This document shows, in pieces, positions 28,127 through 36,385 of a stretch of 64,000 bases of DNA. The notes under the pieces are model-generated. The model saw only the letters and a program-made list of their open reading frames with translations, was not told where the DNA came from and did not search any database. Source of the stretch: Isosphaeraceae bacterium. Lineage in GTDB: Bacteria > Planctomycetota > Planctomycetia > Isosphaerales > Isosphaeraceae. The translations under genes and the position numbers were made by a program. Position 1 is the stretch's first letter. Each line of letters starts with the position of its first letter. The DNA is taken from the NCBI GenBank assembly GCA_965201075.1, contig CBDAVP010000003.1, positions 1 to 64,000 of the forward strand, written 5' to 3'.

Positions 28127-29187
28127 ATCTGGACGACCTGAAGCGCACTTCCGGAGAGTGGCTGCGGGGCACTGGCCCCGAAAGCGACATCGTGATGTGC
28201 TCCCGCATCCGCCTGGCTCGCAACCTGGCCGACTACCCCTTTATCAACCGGGCCAACCGCGCTGAGCGACTCGGCATCGAGTCGGCCGTCCGGACTTGCC
28301 TCGATGGGCCGGGTTTTGACCTTTCCTACCAGGACGTCCACCAACTCAACGCCCTGGACCGCCAGTTCCTGGTTGAGCGCCAACTGATCTCCCGGGAGCT
28401 CGCCGGCGCCGAGGGCCCTCGGGGCGTCGCGATCGGACCCCAGGAAAGCGTCTCGGTGATGATCAATGAAGAGGACCACCTCCGCATCCAGTTGATGCAC
28501 TCGGGCCTGTCACTGCACGAAGTCTGGGAGGAGATTAACGCCCTCGATGACCGGATCGAGGGGTTCCTCACCTATGCCTTCAGCCCGCAGTTAGGCTACC
28601 TGACGGCCTGCCCGACGAATGTCGGCACCGGCATCCGCGTCGGCGTGATGCTCCACCTGCCCGCGTTGGTCCAGACCAAGCAGATCGACAAGGTCTTCCG
28701 AGCCCTCCACAAGATCAACCTCGCCGTCCGGGGCCTGTACGGCGAGGGGACCCAGGCGTTCGGCGACTTCTACCAAATCTCCAACCAGCAGACCCTGGGC
28801 AAGAGCGAGCCGGAACTGATTCGCAACCTTTCCGACGTGATTCCCCAGATCATCCAGTACGAGCGAACAGCGCGTCAGGCCCTGGTCAGCGAGCGTCGGC
28901 AACACCTGCACGACCAGGTGAGCCGGGCTTATGGAGTGCTCAAGACGGCCCACACGATCTCCAGCGAGGAGACCATGCACCTGCTCTCCAGTGTCCGCCT
29001 GGGGATCAACCTGGGCCTGATCGACGACCTGGAAATCTCGACGGTCAACGAACTGTTCATCCACACCCAGCCGGCTCACCTCCAGAAGCTGCACGGAAGC
29101 CCCCTGGAAGTGGACGAGCGGAACGTCGCCAGGGCCACGTACCTCCGCAGCCGCCTCGGCGACGGCCGAGCCGCCGAGGAACCGTGA
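28123..29187 (+). CDS. mcsB: Protein arginine kinase
   Basis: SRIRLARN, INEEDHLR, LTACPTNVGTG, YQISNQ. Confidence 0.95.
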   Translation: MNLDDLKRTSGEWLRGTGPESDIVMCSRIRLARNLADYPFINRANRAERLGIESAVRTCLDGPGFDLSYQDVHQLNALDRQFLVERQLISRELAGAEGPRGVAIGPQESVSVMINEEDHLRIQLMHSGLSLHEVWEEINALDDRIEGFLTYAFSPQLGYLTACPTNVGTGIRVGVMLHLPALVQTKQIDKVFRALHKINLAVRGLYGEGTQAFGDFYQISNQQTLGKSEPELIRNLSDVIPQIIQYERTARQALVSERRQHLHDQVSRAYGVLKTAHTISSEETMHLLSSVRLGINLGLIDDLEISTVNELFIHTQPAHLQKLHGSPLEVDERNVARATYLRSRLGDGRAAEEP

Positions 29188-29215
29188 CCGTCATTGCGGA
29201 TGATTTTCAAACGCA

Positions 29216-30439
29216 TCACGGCGAATCGAGGAATTCGCGATAGGCCGCAGCCGTCTCGATCGCCATCCTCGGCCGGTCGAAGCGGGTTTGGGCCGAGATT
29301 CGCGCTTCCCGGCCCAGCGACTCGCGAAGGTCGGCATCTTCGATTAGCCGCGAGAGGACCGAGGCGAGCGCCGACGGGTCTCCCGGCGAGAATCCCAGGG
29401 CGTCGCGACCCTCGGTGAACAACTCGGCGGCCCCCCCGGCGCGAGCGACGATGACCGGACGTGCGCAGGCCATCGCCTCGACGATCGTCCGGCCGAACGG
29501 CTCGGGCTGGGTGCTGGCATGAACGACCACGTCCAGCGACCGATACACTCCCAAGGGGTCGGGTTGGAACGGCACGAACCCCACCCGATCGCCGAGTCCG
29601 AGTCGCTTGGCCCGCTCTCGTAATTCGGTTTCGGACCACTGCGACCCCTTGGTCTGGTAGATCGGGCTGCCCACCACGTAGAACCGGACCGGGCGATCGG
29701 CAGGCACTTGAGCGGCGGCCTCCAGGAACAGGTCCTGCCCCTTCCAGCGAGCGTAGGTGGCGATCAGGCCGACGCGAATCGTTCTCGGCGACGGCGGAGA
29801 AAGACCGGCCAAGGCGTCGAGCGAGGGACCGTCGCCGGGTCCGGGTCGGAAATGGTTGATGTCGATGGCGTTGTAGACAACTCGGACGGGTAGGGGGGCC
29901 AGCGCTTCCCGACCATCGCGTCCCACGGCCTCGGAAATGGCGATCGCCCCGGCCGCCCCTCCAGCGGCCCGCCGAAGCACGCTGGCCACCAACGGGCGCG
30001 TGGCCGTGAAGTCATGCAGGTGCCAGACCACCGGCACCCCCCGGGGGCAGGCGAGTCTCAGCAGCAAATGGGCCTTGATCCCGTTGGAATGAACCAGGGT
30101 CGGCCCAATCTCGCGAATCAGGCGGCCCAGATCCCGCGCGTACTTCCAGGCCGCCAGTGCCGCCGGCGCCGCGACGGCCGCCAACCCCGCCGCCGCCCTC
30201 GCCTTGCCGCGGCCTTTCAGGGCGCTGTCACCGATCGTCGCCAGCCGGTCGGGCAGGGGGCGGGAATGAACGGTGACGCCCAACGCCTTCGCCCGATCCA
30301 CCAGCGGTCCGTCCCCGGCGACGATCAGGTGGCGGTCGACTCCCCCCGGCACCGCGTCGGGCAACGCCGCCAGGAGGTCCAGCAAGATCATCTCCGCCCC
30401 GCCGACCTGCCCGATCGGGTTCAGAAACGCGACCCTCAT
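29216..30439 (-). CDS. Glycosyltransferase family 4
   Basis: GGAE, WKGQ, EPFGRTIVEAMA. Confidence 0.9.
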   Translation of the reverse strand: MRVAFLNPIGQVGGAEMILLDLLAALPDAVPGGVDRHLIVAGDGPLVDRAKALGVTVHSRPLPDRLATIGDSALKGRGKARAAAGLAAVAAPAALAAWKYARDLGRLIREIGPTLVHSNGIKAHLLLRLACPRGVPVVWHLHDFTATRPLVASVLRRAAGGAAGAIAISEAVGRDGREALAPLPVRVVYNAIDINHFRPGPGDGPSLDALAGLSPPSPRTIRVGLIATYARWKGQDLFLEAAAQVPADRPVRFYVVGSPIYQTKGSQWSETELRERAKRLGLGDRVGFVPFQPDPLGVYRSLDVVVHASTQPEPFGRTIVEAMACARPVIVARAGGAAELFTEGRDALGFSPGDPSALASVLSRLIEDADLRESLGREARISAQTRFDRPRMAIETAAAYREFLDSP

Positions 30440-31005
30440 CGCGTCGCCCGTACTCTGGCCTCTTCCGTGTCGTGAAGCGCCTGGTAACGCCCCTGGGACT
30501 TCGGTGCCCAGAACCAGCCGAAAAACAGCCCGTCGAGCGAGAGGTAATTGCTCGTCACTGGCGAGAGCCAAAGGATCGCGGCGTCCACCAGCAGGTATGT
30601 CAGCATCCCCGGCATCTTGTCGTGCTGGCCCATGTCCGCCTGGCCAAACTGGAGGTGGAGCAGCAGGACGCCCGCCAGGAACGCCGCGAGCGGGGTCCAG
30701 ACGCCCGCGACCAGCGACGCCCCGACCGTGACCTCGGCATAGGGGAGCACGTCAGCGAACAGTTTGGTCATCGACGGCGAGAGGGGCACGACAAAATGCT
30801 TCGGCTTGCCGTCGGAGCCGGGCTCGGCGGGATTGAACATGGCCAGGATGAAGCCGGGGTAAGCCCCGTGCTGCTTGGCCTGGAACTTCTCGACCCCGGC
30901 CAGAAGGAAGGTCATGCCCAGGCCAACCCTCAGCAGCAGGGCGGTCAGACTACGCACGAGGTGGCCGGGCTCTCGGCGGAGGGCAATGACGGCGGGTGGT
31001 TCCAT
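30436..31005 (-). CDS. DoxX-family membrane protein
   Basis: LLLRVGLG..FLLAG.EK, LPYAEVTVG, YLSLDG. Confidence 0.75.
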   Translation of the reverse strand: MEPPAVIALRREPGHLVRSLTALLLRVGLGMTFLLAGVEKFQAKQHGAYPGFILAMFNPAEPGSDGKPKHFVVPLSPSMTKLFADVLPYAEVTVGASLVAGVWTPLAAFLAGVLLLHLQFGQADMGQHDKMPGMLTYLLVDAAILWLSPVTSNYLSLDGLFFGWFWAPKSQGRYQALHDTEEARVRATR

Positions 31006-31021
31006 GACGGGCAGGGCTCCC

Positions 31022-31540
31022 CTAGGCGGGCGTCTGGGCGCGGGTCTTTGCCAGGATGGGCGCGATGAGTTCGGGGGGGACGAAGCGGGTCAACGGCTCG
31101 GCGCCGCCCATCCGGGCAATCTGTTTGATGAGGGTGCTGGAGATGTGCGAATACTCGCCGTCGGCCATGAGGAAGACGGTTTCCAGGTCAGGGTCCAGCA
31201 TCTGGTTGGTCAGGGTCATGCCAAACTCATATTCCATGTCCGAAAGCGTTCGCAGGCCGCGGAGAATCACGCGGGCCCCAATCCGCCGGACGAACTGGAC
31301 GGCCAACTCCTCGAACGGTTCGACGGTGACGTTGGGGAATGGCCGGACCACCAGACGCGCCAGCCCAACCCGCTCCTCGATGTCGAAGAGGGCTTGCTTG
31401 CTGGGGTTGATGCCCACGCCGACGACCAGTTGCTCAAACAGGACGCACCCCCGCCGGATCACGTCCAGATGCCCCAGAGTCAGGGGGTCGAACGTGCCGG
31501 TGAAGACCGCGATGCGGGAAGGGTCGAGGGTCGGGGGCAT
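31022..31540 (-). CDS. coaD: Phosphopantetheine adenylyltransferase
   Basis: GTFDPLTLGHLD, RGLR...D.EYE, ISSTLIK. Confidence 0.97.
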   Translation of the reverse strand: MPPTLDPSRIAVFTGTFDPLTLGHLDVIRRGCVLFEQLVVGVGINPSKQALFDIEERVGLARLVVRPFPNVTVEPFEELAVQFVRRIGARVILRGLRTLSDMEYEFGMTLTNQMLDPDLETVFLMADGEYSHISSTLIKQIARMGGAEPLTRFVPPELIAPILAKTRAQTPA

Positions 31541-31554
31541 TGATGCTCGGGGTC

Positions 31555-32106
31555 TCAGGGCTGGGCGGCCTTTGGGCCAGGGGCGGACGGGGCGGCCTTC
31601 CCCGCCGCGTCCCGGCGACGGGCGGCGTCGGCGGCTTTCCGGCCGGCGATGATCGGCCGGGCATCCACCTTCCAGCGACCCTCCACCTTCTGGGTGCGGG
31701 TCGGCAGCGGCGCCCCCTCCTGCAACAGGATGACGTGGTCCTCGTCAACCTCCTCGGGCTTGACCGTGATGACCTTGCCCCTGGGCAGGGTGAACGTGTC
31801 GTTGGCGGCGAGCCGTTTCAGCACCATCTCGTCGATGACCTCCTTGCGGAAGGTCTCGACCTCGGCGGCGGGGACGTGCTCGCCTCGGGTCAGCCAGTCG
31901 AAGTCCGAGGTTGGCAAGGTCGTCGCGTGCAGGCCGTCCTCGTCTCCGGTGGCCATTGCCATCAAGAACGCCTTGAAGACCGACTCGGGCGTGTTCGCCT
32001 GCTCGGCCGTCGCCGGATTGGCGTCGGGGGGCGCGGCGGAAACCACGACGCTCATCGCCGCGAGGAAGAGCAGGACGTACGAACCGCGGCGAGTCAGTGC
32101 CATCAT
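31555..32106 (-). CDS. Secreted hypothetical protein
   Basis: Signal peptide; TPESVFKAFL...KVEGRWKVD resembles NTF2-like small domains. Confidence 0.6.
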   Translation of the reverse strand: MMALTRRGSYVLLFLAAMSVVVSAAPPDANPATAEQANTPESVFKAFLMAMATGDEDGLHATTLPTSDFDWLTRGEHVPAAEVETFRKEVIDEMVLKRLAANDTFTLPRGKVITVKPEEVDEDHVILLQEGAPLPTRTQKVEGRWKVDARPIIAGRKAADAARRRDAAGKAAPSAPGPKAAQP

Positions 32107-32137
32107 GGTGTGCCTCGAAGAATTGGGCGGAAGGGAG

Positions 32138-33262
32138 TCAGGCCAAGGCTTCGGTCAGGCGGTCGAGATCCGTCGAGTCGGTGTAAAGGTGGGGACTGGC
32201 GCGAAGGCGTCCCCGACGGGCGCTGAGGATCACGCCGAGATCCCGACAACGGGCGACGACCGCGTCTGGATCGGAACCCGCCCGTTCCAGGCAGACGATT
32301 CCCGCCGTATCCTCTGGCCGTCGCGAGCCGTATACCGTCCAGCCGACTGATCGCGCTCGCTCGCGGACGGCCTCGGCGACCTCCAGGATGCGGGCCGAGA
32401 CCGCCGCGACGCCCAGCTCCTCGATCAGCGAAAGGCTCGCGTCCATCCCCAGAATCCCGACGCTGTTGTGCGTGCCACCCTCCCAGCGCTGGGCGCTGGC
32501 CTTGAGGGTGAAATCGGGCTCGGGAGTGTTGTAACCGCCGACCACGCTATGCCATCCGACCCCCAGGGGACGCAGGCGATCGATCCATTCCCGACGCACG
32601 AACATCAGGCCCGCCCCCTGAGGGCCGAGCAACCACTTGTGAGAATCGGCGGCGAGGAAGTCGACCGGCGTCCGGCGGACGTCGATCGTCAGCGGCCCAA
32701 GCCCCTGGATCGCGTCGACGAAGAAGGCGATCCCCCGAGACCGGCACAACTCGCCCAGGGCGTCGAGGTCGTTGCGGAATCCCGAGGCGAACTCGACGTG
32801 GCTGATGGTCAGGAGACGGGTCCGGGCGTCGCAGGCGGCGGCCAGGTCCTCAATCGCCACCCGACCGTCTCGGCTAGGAACCCGACGGAGCGCGACGCCG
32901 CGTCCTTCCAGGTTCATCCAGGGGTAAAGGTTGGAGGGATACTCCTCGGCGGCGGTGACAACATTGTCGCCGTCTCGCCAGGGGAACCCCTCGGCGACCA
33001 GGCCGATGCCATGAGTCGTGCTGGCGACGAAGGCGATTTCGTCGGACTCGGCGTTCAACAAGCGGGCGACCCGAGCCCGGGCGGCGGCGAGCCTTTGCAC
33101 CCAGTCGGACAGATGAGCGACGCCGTCCCGCTCCATCCCCTCGATCCACTCGCGCATGACCAGGGAAGCGCGGGCGGGCGTGGGGCTGACGGCCGCGTGA
33201 TCGAAGTAGGCCCACCGCTGGGAGATAAGGAACTCGGTCGTTCGCACCTCGTCCCAACTCAT
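32138..33262 (-). CDS. Class V PLP-dependent aminotransferase-fold enzyme
   Basis: YFDHAA, VDAIQ, DSHKWLLGP (PLP Lys), RASPHLY; no SufS/IscS catalytic Cys loop seen. Confidence 0.85.
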   Translation of the reverse strand: MSWDEVRTTEFLISQRWAYFDHAAVSPTPARASLVMREWIEGMERDGVAHLSDWVQRLAAARARVARLLNAESDEIAFVASTTHGIGLVAEGFPWRDGDNVVTAAEEYPSNLYPWMNLEGRGVALRRVPSRDGRVAIEDLAAACDARTRLLTISHVEFASGFRNDLDALGELCRSRGIAFFVDAIQGLGPLTIDVRRTPVDFLAADSHKWLLGPQGAGLMFVRREWIDRLRPLGVGWHSVVGGYNTPEPDFTLKASAQRWEGGTHNSVGILGMDASLSLIEELGVAAVSARILEVAEAVRERARSVGWTVYGSRRPEDTAGIVCLERAGSDPDAVVARCRDLGVILSARRGRLRASPHLYTDSTDLDRLTEALA

Positions 33263-33338
33263 GGAAGGCGTTCTCTCAGGAGAGGCGAGTCCGCGAGTCA
33301 GCCTAACGGGCCGTCGCGCCCGGGGCCATCCCAAAGGC

Positions 33339-33893
33339 TCAGGCCGAGGCCGGCTCTCCCGCGGCGGCCTGGGGATGGGTCTCGGGCTCGGGTCGGAGAG
33401 CCAGCAGCAGGAGTGCGACCGCGCCGATGACCAGCATGTTGTCGGCGAAGTTAAAAATGGCGCAGTCGAAGCCGATCGGGTCGACGTGCCAGTGGACGAA
33501 GTCGCGGACGTGGCCCAGCAAGAGGCGGTCGTAACAGTTGCCCAGGGCCCCCGCCATGATGAACGCCAAGGCCACGGTCAGCCGACCGTCGGCCGCGGCC
33601 CCTTTGACGAACAGCCAGTACCAAATTCCCACCGCCGCCGCGACCGATAACCCCGCGAACACAAGGCTGCTATGCCGCCAGGCCCGACCGAACCCCCACA
33701 GGGCTCCCGTGTTATAGCTCGTCTGGAGTTCCAGGACGTTGGGAATCACCGTGCGGACCACCCCCTGCCTGGGCTCGCCAATTTGGCGGAAGGCGATCGC
33801 CTTGGTCGTCAGGTCGAACGTCGCGCCCCCCAGGGCGATCGCCCAGAAGAGAATGACCCGCCGCAGGGGGATCGACTCCATCAACCGCGTCAT
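33339..33893 (-). CDS. lspA: Lipoprotein signal peptidase II
   Basis: DLTTK, NTGALWG, GALGNCYDR, VRDF, FNFAD. Confidence 0.93.
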   Translation of the reverse strand: MTRLMESIPLRRVILFWAIALGGATFDLTTKAIAFRQIGEPRQGVVRTVIPNVLELQTSYNTGALWGFGRAWRHSSLVFAGLSVAAAVGIWYWLFVKGAAADGRLTVALAFIMAGALGNCYDRLLLGHVRDFVHWHVDPIGFDCAIFNFADNMLVIGAVALLLLALRPEPETHPQAAAGEPASA

Positions 33894-33926
33894 CTTGGCT
33901 CCTTCCCGACTGAGTCCGTATCCTGG

Positions 33927-34316
33927 TCAGCGGCCATCCTCGGCCAGCCGCGCGCACTCGATGCAGTTGGGGGTGAACGGTAACGCCTGGAGCCTGACCT
34001 TGGCGATTGGCTGGCTGCAACGCTCGCAACGGCCGTAGGTTCCGGCATCGACCCGGACCAGGGCCTCCTGGATCTTGTCCAGGGTTTCCTGCTCGTTCTC
34101 GATCAGTTCGAGAGTGAATTCCTGGTCATAATTCTCGGACCCAACGTCGGCCATGTGCAACGGGAGGTTCGACAGGTTGCCGGAGGAGTCAGGTCCGTTG
34201 CGGTTGAGTGCCTCGTCGGTCATTTGGCTGAGGTCGCCGCGCAACCGCGCTCGGAGGTCGAGGAGGGTAATGCGAAACGAGTCCAGGTCTTCCGGCTTCA
34301 ACGACGCGCTGGCCAT
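33927..34316 (-). CDS. TraR/DksA-family zinc-finger protein
   Basis: HMAD coiled-coil tip, YGRCERC...RLQALP...CIEC. Confidence 0.9.
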   Translation of the reverse strand: MASASLKPEDLDSFRITLLDLRARLRGDLSQMTDEALNRNGPDSSGNLSNLPLHMADVGSENYDQEFTLELIENEQETLDKIQEALVRVDAGTYGRCERCSQPIAKVRLQALPFTPNCIECARLAEDGR

Positions 34317-34602
34317 TTGCGATCCCACCCTTCCCCATTCCCAAGAATCCGGCGTCGGCAGGGCCGGGCATGCTAGGCCGCGGGCTCGCCACTGTCAACC
34401 GGGCCTCGACGCTCGGACGGTTCGACCCGTCCGAGCGAGACCACGATCTCCGATCCTCTACCCTACAGCGCGGTGGTCGGAGGGTTCCACCCTGTTTCGC
34501 CAAAACCGCCCGGCTTGACCTCGCCCGACCGTCGGGTAGGGTTGGAGATCATCTCTGACCGCCCCCCGACCCCGACCCCGCCCCATCGCCCGAGGATTCC
34601 CC

Positions 34603-35628
34603 ATGAGCGGCCCGAGCAAAATCGTGTTTGTCACTGGGGGGACGGGTCTCGTCGGCAGTCACGTGGTCGAGGAGGCGGTCCGTCGCGGATTTCACGTCCG
34701 CGCCCTGGTCCGCGCCTCCAGCGACACCCGCTTCCTGGACTCCCTCGGCGTCGAGAAAATTCCTGGAGACCTGGAAGATAGCAAGGCTTTGCGCCGAGGG
34801 GTGGACGGGGTAGATTGGGTGCTGAATTGCGCCGCGATGGTGGGAGATTGGGGAACCCTGGCGGATTTTCGGCGGCTCAATGTCGATGCCCTGAAGCTCC
34901 TCCTCGACGCGGCGGCCGACGCGCGAGTGGGCCGCTTTGTCCACGTCAGCTCCCTGGGGGTTTACGAGGCCCGAGACCACCAAGGGACCGACGAGACCAC
35001 CCCAACGGCCGTCGAGTCGCTGGACGCCTACACACGCTCCAAGGTCGAAGCCGAGGCCTTGGCCCTCCAGTACGTGAAAGAGCGGGGAGTTCCCCTGGCG
35101 ATTGTTCGGCCCGGTTTCATCTATGGGGAACGCGACCGGACAGTCCTGCCCAAACTCCTGAACGCGTTACGGGCCGGGCGGTTCGTCTATTTTGGCTCGG
35201 GAGAGCAAGCTCTCAATTGCATTTACGTCAAGAATCTCGTCCAGGCGATCTTCCTGGCGGCCGAAGTCCCGGGTGCTGTCGGGGAGGTGTTCAACGTCAC
35301 CGACGGCCAGAGAGTCTCCAAGCGTCAATTCGTCGGCAAGGTGGCCAGTCTCGCCGGGCTGCCCCAGCCGAAGCGCAAGATTCCGCTCTGGTTGGCCTGG
35401 ACCTTGGCAGTCTTGATGGAGCGTCGGGCCAGGCGACTCAAAGCGACCGAGCCTCCGCTGGTCAACAAGGCTCGCTATAAATTCCTGGGCCTGAACCTCG
35501 ATTTCTCGATCGCCAAGTCCCGTCGAGTGTTAGGCTACGACCCACCCTTCACGACCGACCAGGGCCTGGAACGCGCCTTGGCCGATCGTCCAGCGGCTTC
35601 GGCCTCGGCTTGGCCCGTCACGGTTTGA
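34603..35628 (+). CDS. NAD-dependent epimerase/dehydratase (extended SDR)
   Basis: VTGGTGLVG, YTRSK (YxxxK), RPGFIYG. Confidence 0.9.
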   Translation: MSGPSKIVFVTGGTGLVGSHVVEEAVRRGFHVRALVRASSDTRFLDSLGVEKIPGDLEDSKALRRGVDGVDWVLNCAAMVGDWGTLADFRRLNVDALKLLLDAAADARVGRFVHVSSLGVYEARDHQGTDETTPTAVESLDAYTRSKVEAEALALQYVKERGVPLAIVRPGFIYGERDRTVLPKLLNALRAGRFVYFGSGEQALNCIYVKNLVQAIFLAAEVPGAVGEVFNVTDGQRVSKRQFVGKVASLAGLPQPKRKIPLWLAWTLAVLMERRARRLKATEPPLVNKARYKFLGLNLDFSIAKSRRVLGYDPPFTTDQGLERALADRPAASASAWPVTV

Positions 35629-35770
35629 GCAGAAACCGGCCTAGGTGGAAGATCCCTTCAGGCATTATCGACCATTTCGTGGCATCGGACCCGCTAACGC
35701 CTCTGGCTGTCGAAATGCGGTCAATGATCGAGGGTCCCCAGCCTAGGTAGGAACTCAGAGGGAATGAGCA

Positions 35771-36307
35771 ATGGCGGACAACCTGAAGCGGCGCGTGGCG
35801 GTCCTCGTCGAGAAGCTCTATGAAGACCTGGAACTTTGGTATCCGGTCTACCGACTTCGCGAGGCGGGCTGCTTGGTGACGATCGTCGGCCCCAAGGCGG
35901 GCGAATCGTATAACTCGAAGCACGGCTACCCGGCCAAGGCCGACAAGGCGGCGTCGGAGGTCTCGGCCCAGGACTTCGACGCGATCATCATTCCCGGCGG
36001 CTACTCGCCCGACCACCTGAGACGCACTCCCGCGATGGTCCACCTCGTCAAGGACGCCGCGGCGAGCGGGAGAATCCTGGCGGCGATTTGCCACGGACCC
36101 TGGATGCTCTGCTCGGCCCGCTGCATTCAGGGCCGACGCCTGACCGGATTCTTCGCGATTCGCGATGACATCGAGAACGCGGGCGGGATCTACGAGGATG
36201 CCGCGTGCGTTCGAGATGGCAACCTCGTGACCAGCCGGACCCCCGATGACCTGCCCGAGTTCTGCAAGGGAATCCTCGAGGCGCTGGGCGATTCGCGTCC
36301 GGGTTGA
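35771..36307 (+). CDS. PfpI/DJ-1 family protein
   Basis: EDLE, IPGG.SPD.LR, AICHG, VTSRTPDDL. Confidence 0.92.
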   Translation: MADNLKRRVAVLVEKLYEDLELWYPVYRLREAGCLVTIVGPKAGESYNSKHGYPAKADKAASEVSAQDFDAIIIPGGYSPDHLRRTPAMVHLVKDAAASGRILAAICHGPWMLCSARCIQGRRLTGFFAIRDDIENAGGIYEDAACVRDGNLVTSRTPDDLPEFCKGILEALGDSRPG

Positions 36308-36385
36308 ACCAAGCGGCCGGAGATTGGGGTGGGCGACTTCCCTCCGGTGGCTGGAGGTCGCCGCGGTTGGCCAAGAACACCCGTC

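Noticed and set aside
32138..33262. Cysteine desulfurase (sufS/iscS) call
   Set aside because: Catalytic Cys loop not seen; left as a generic class V PLP enzyme
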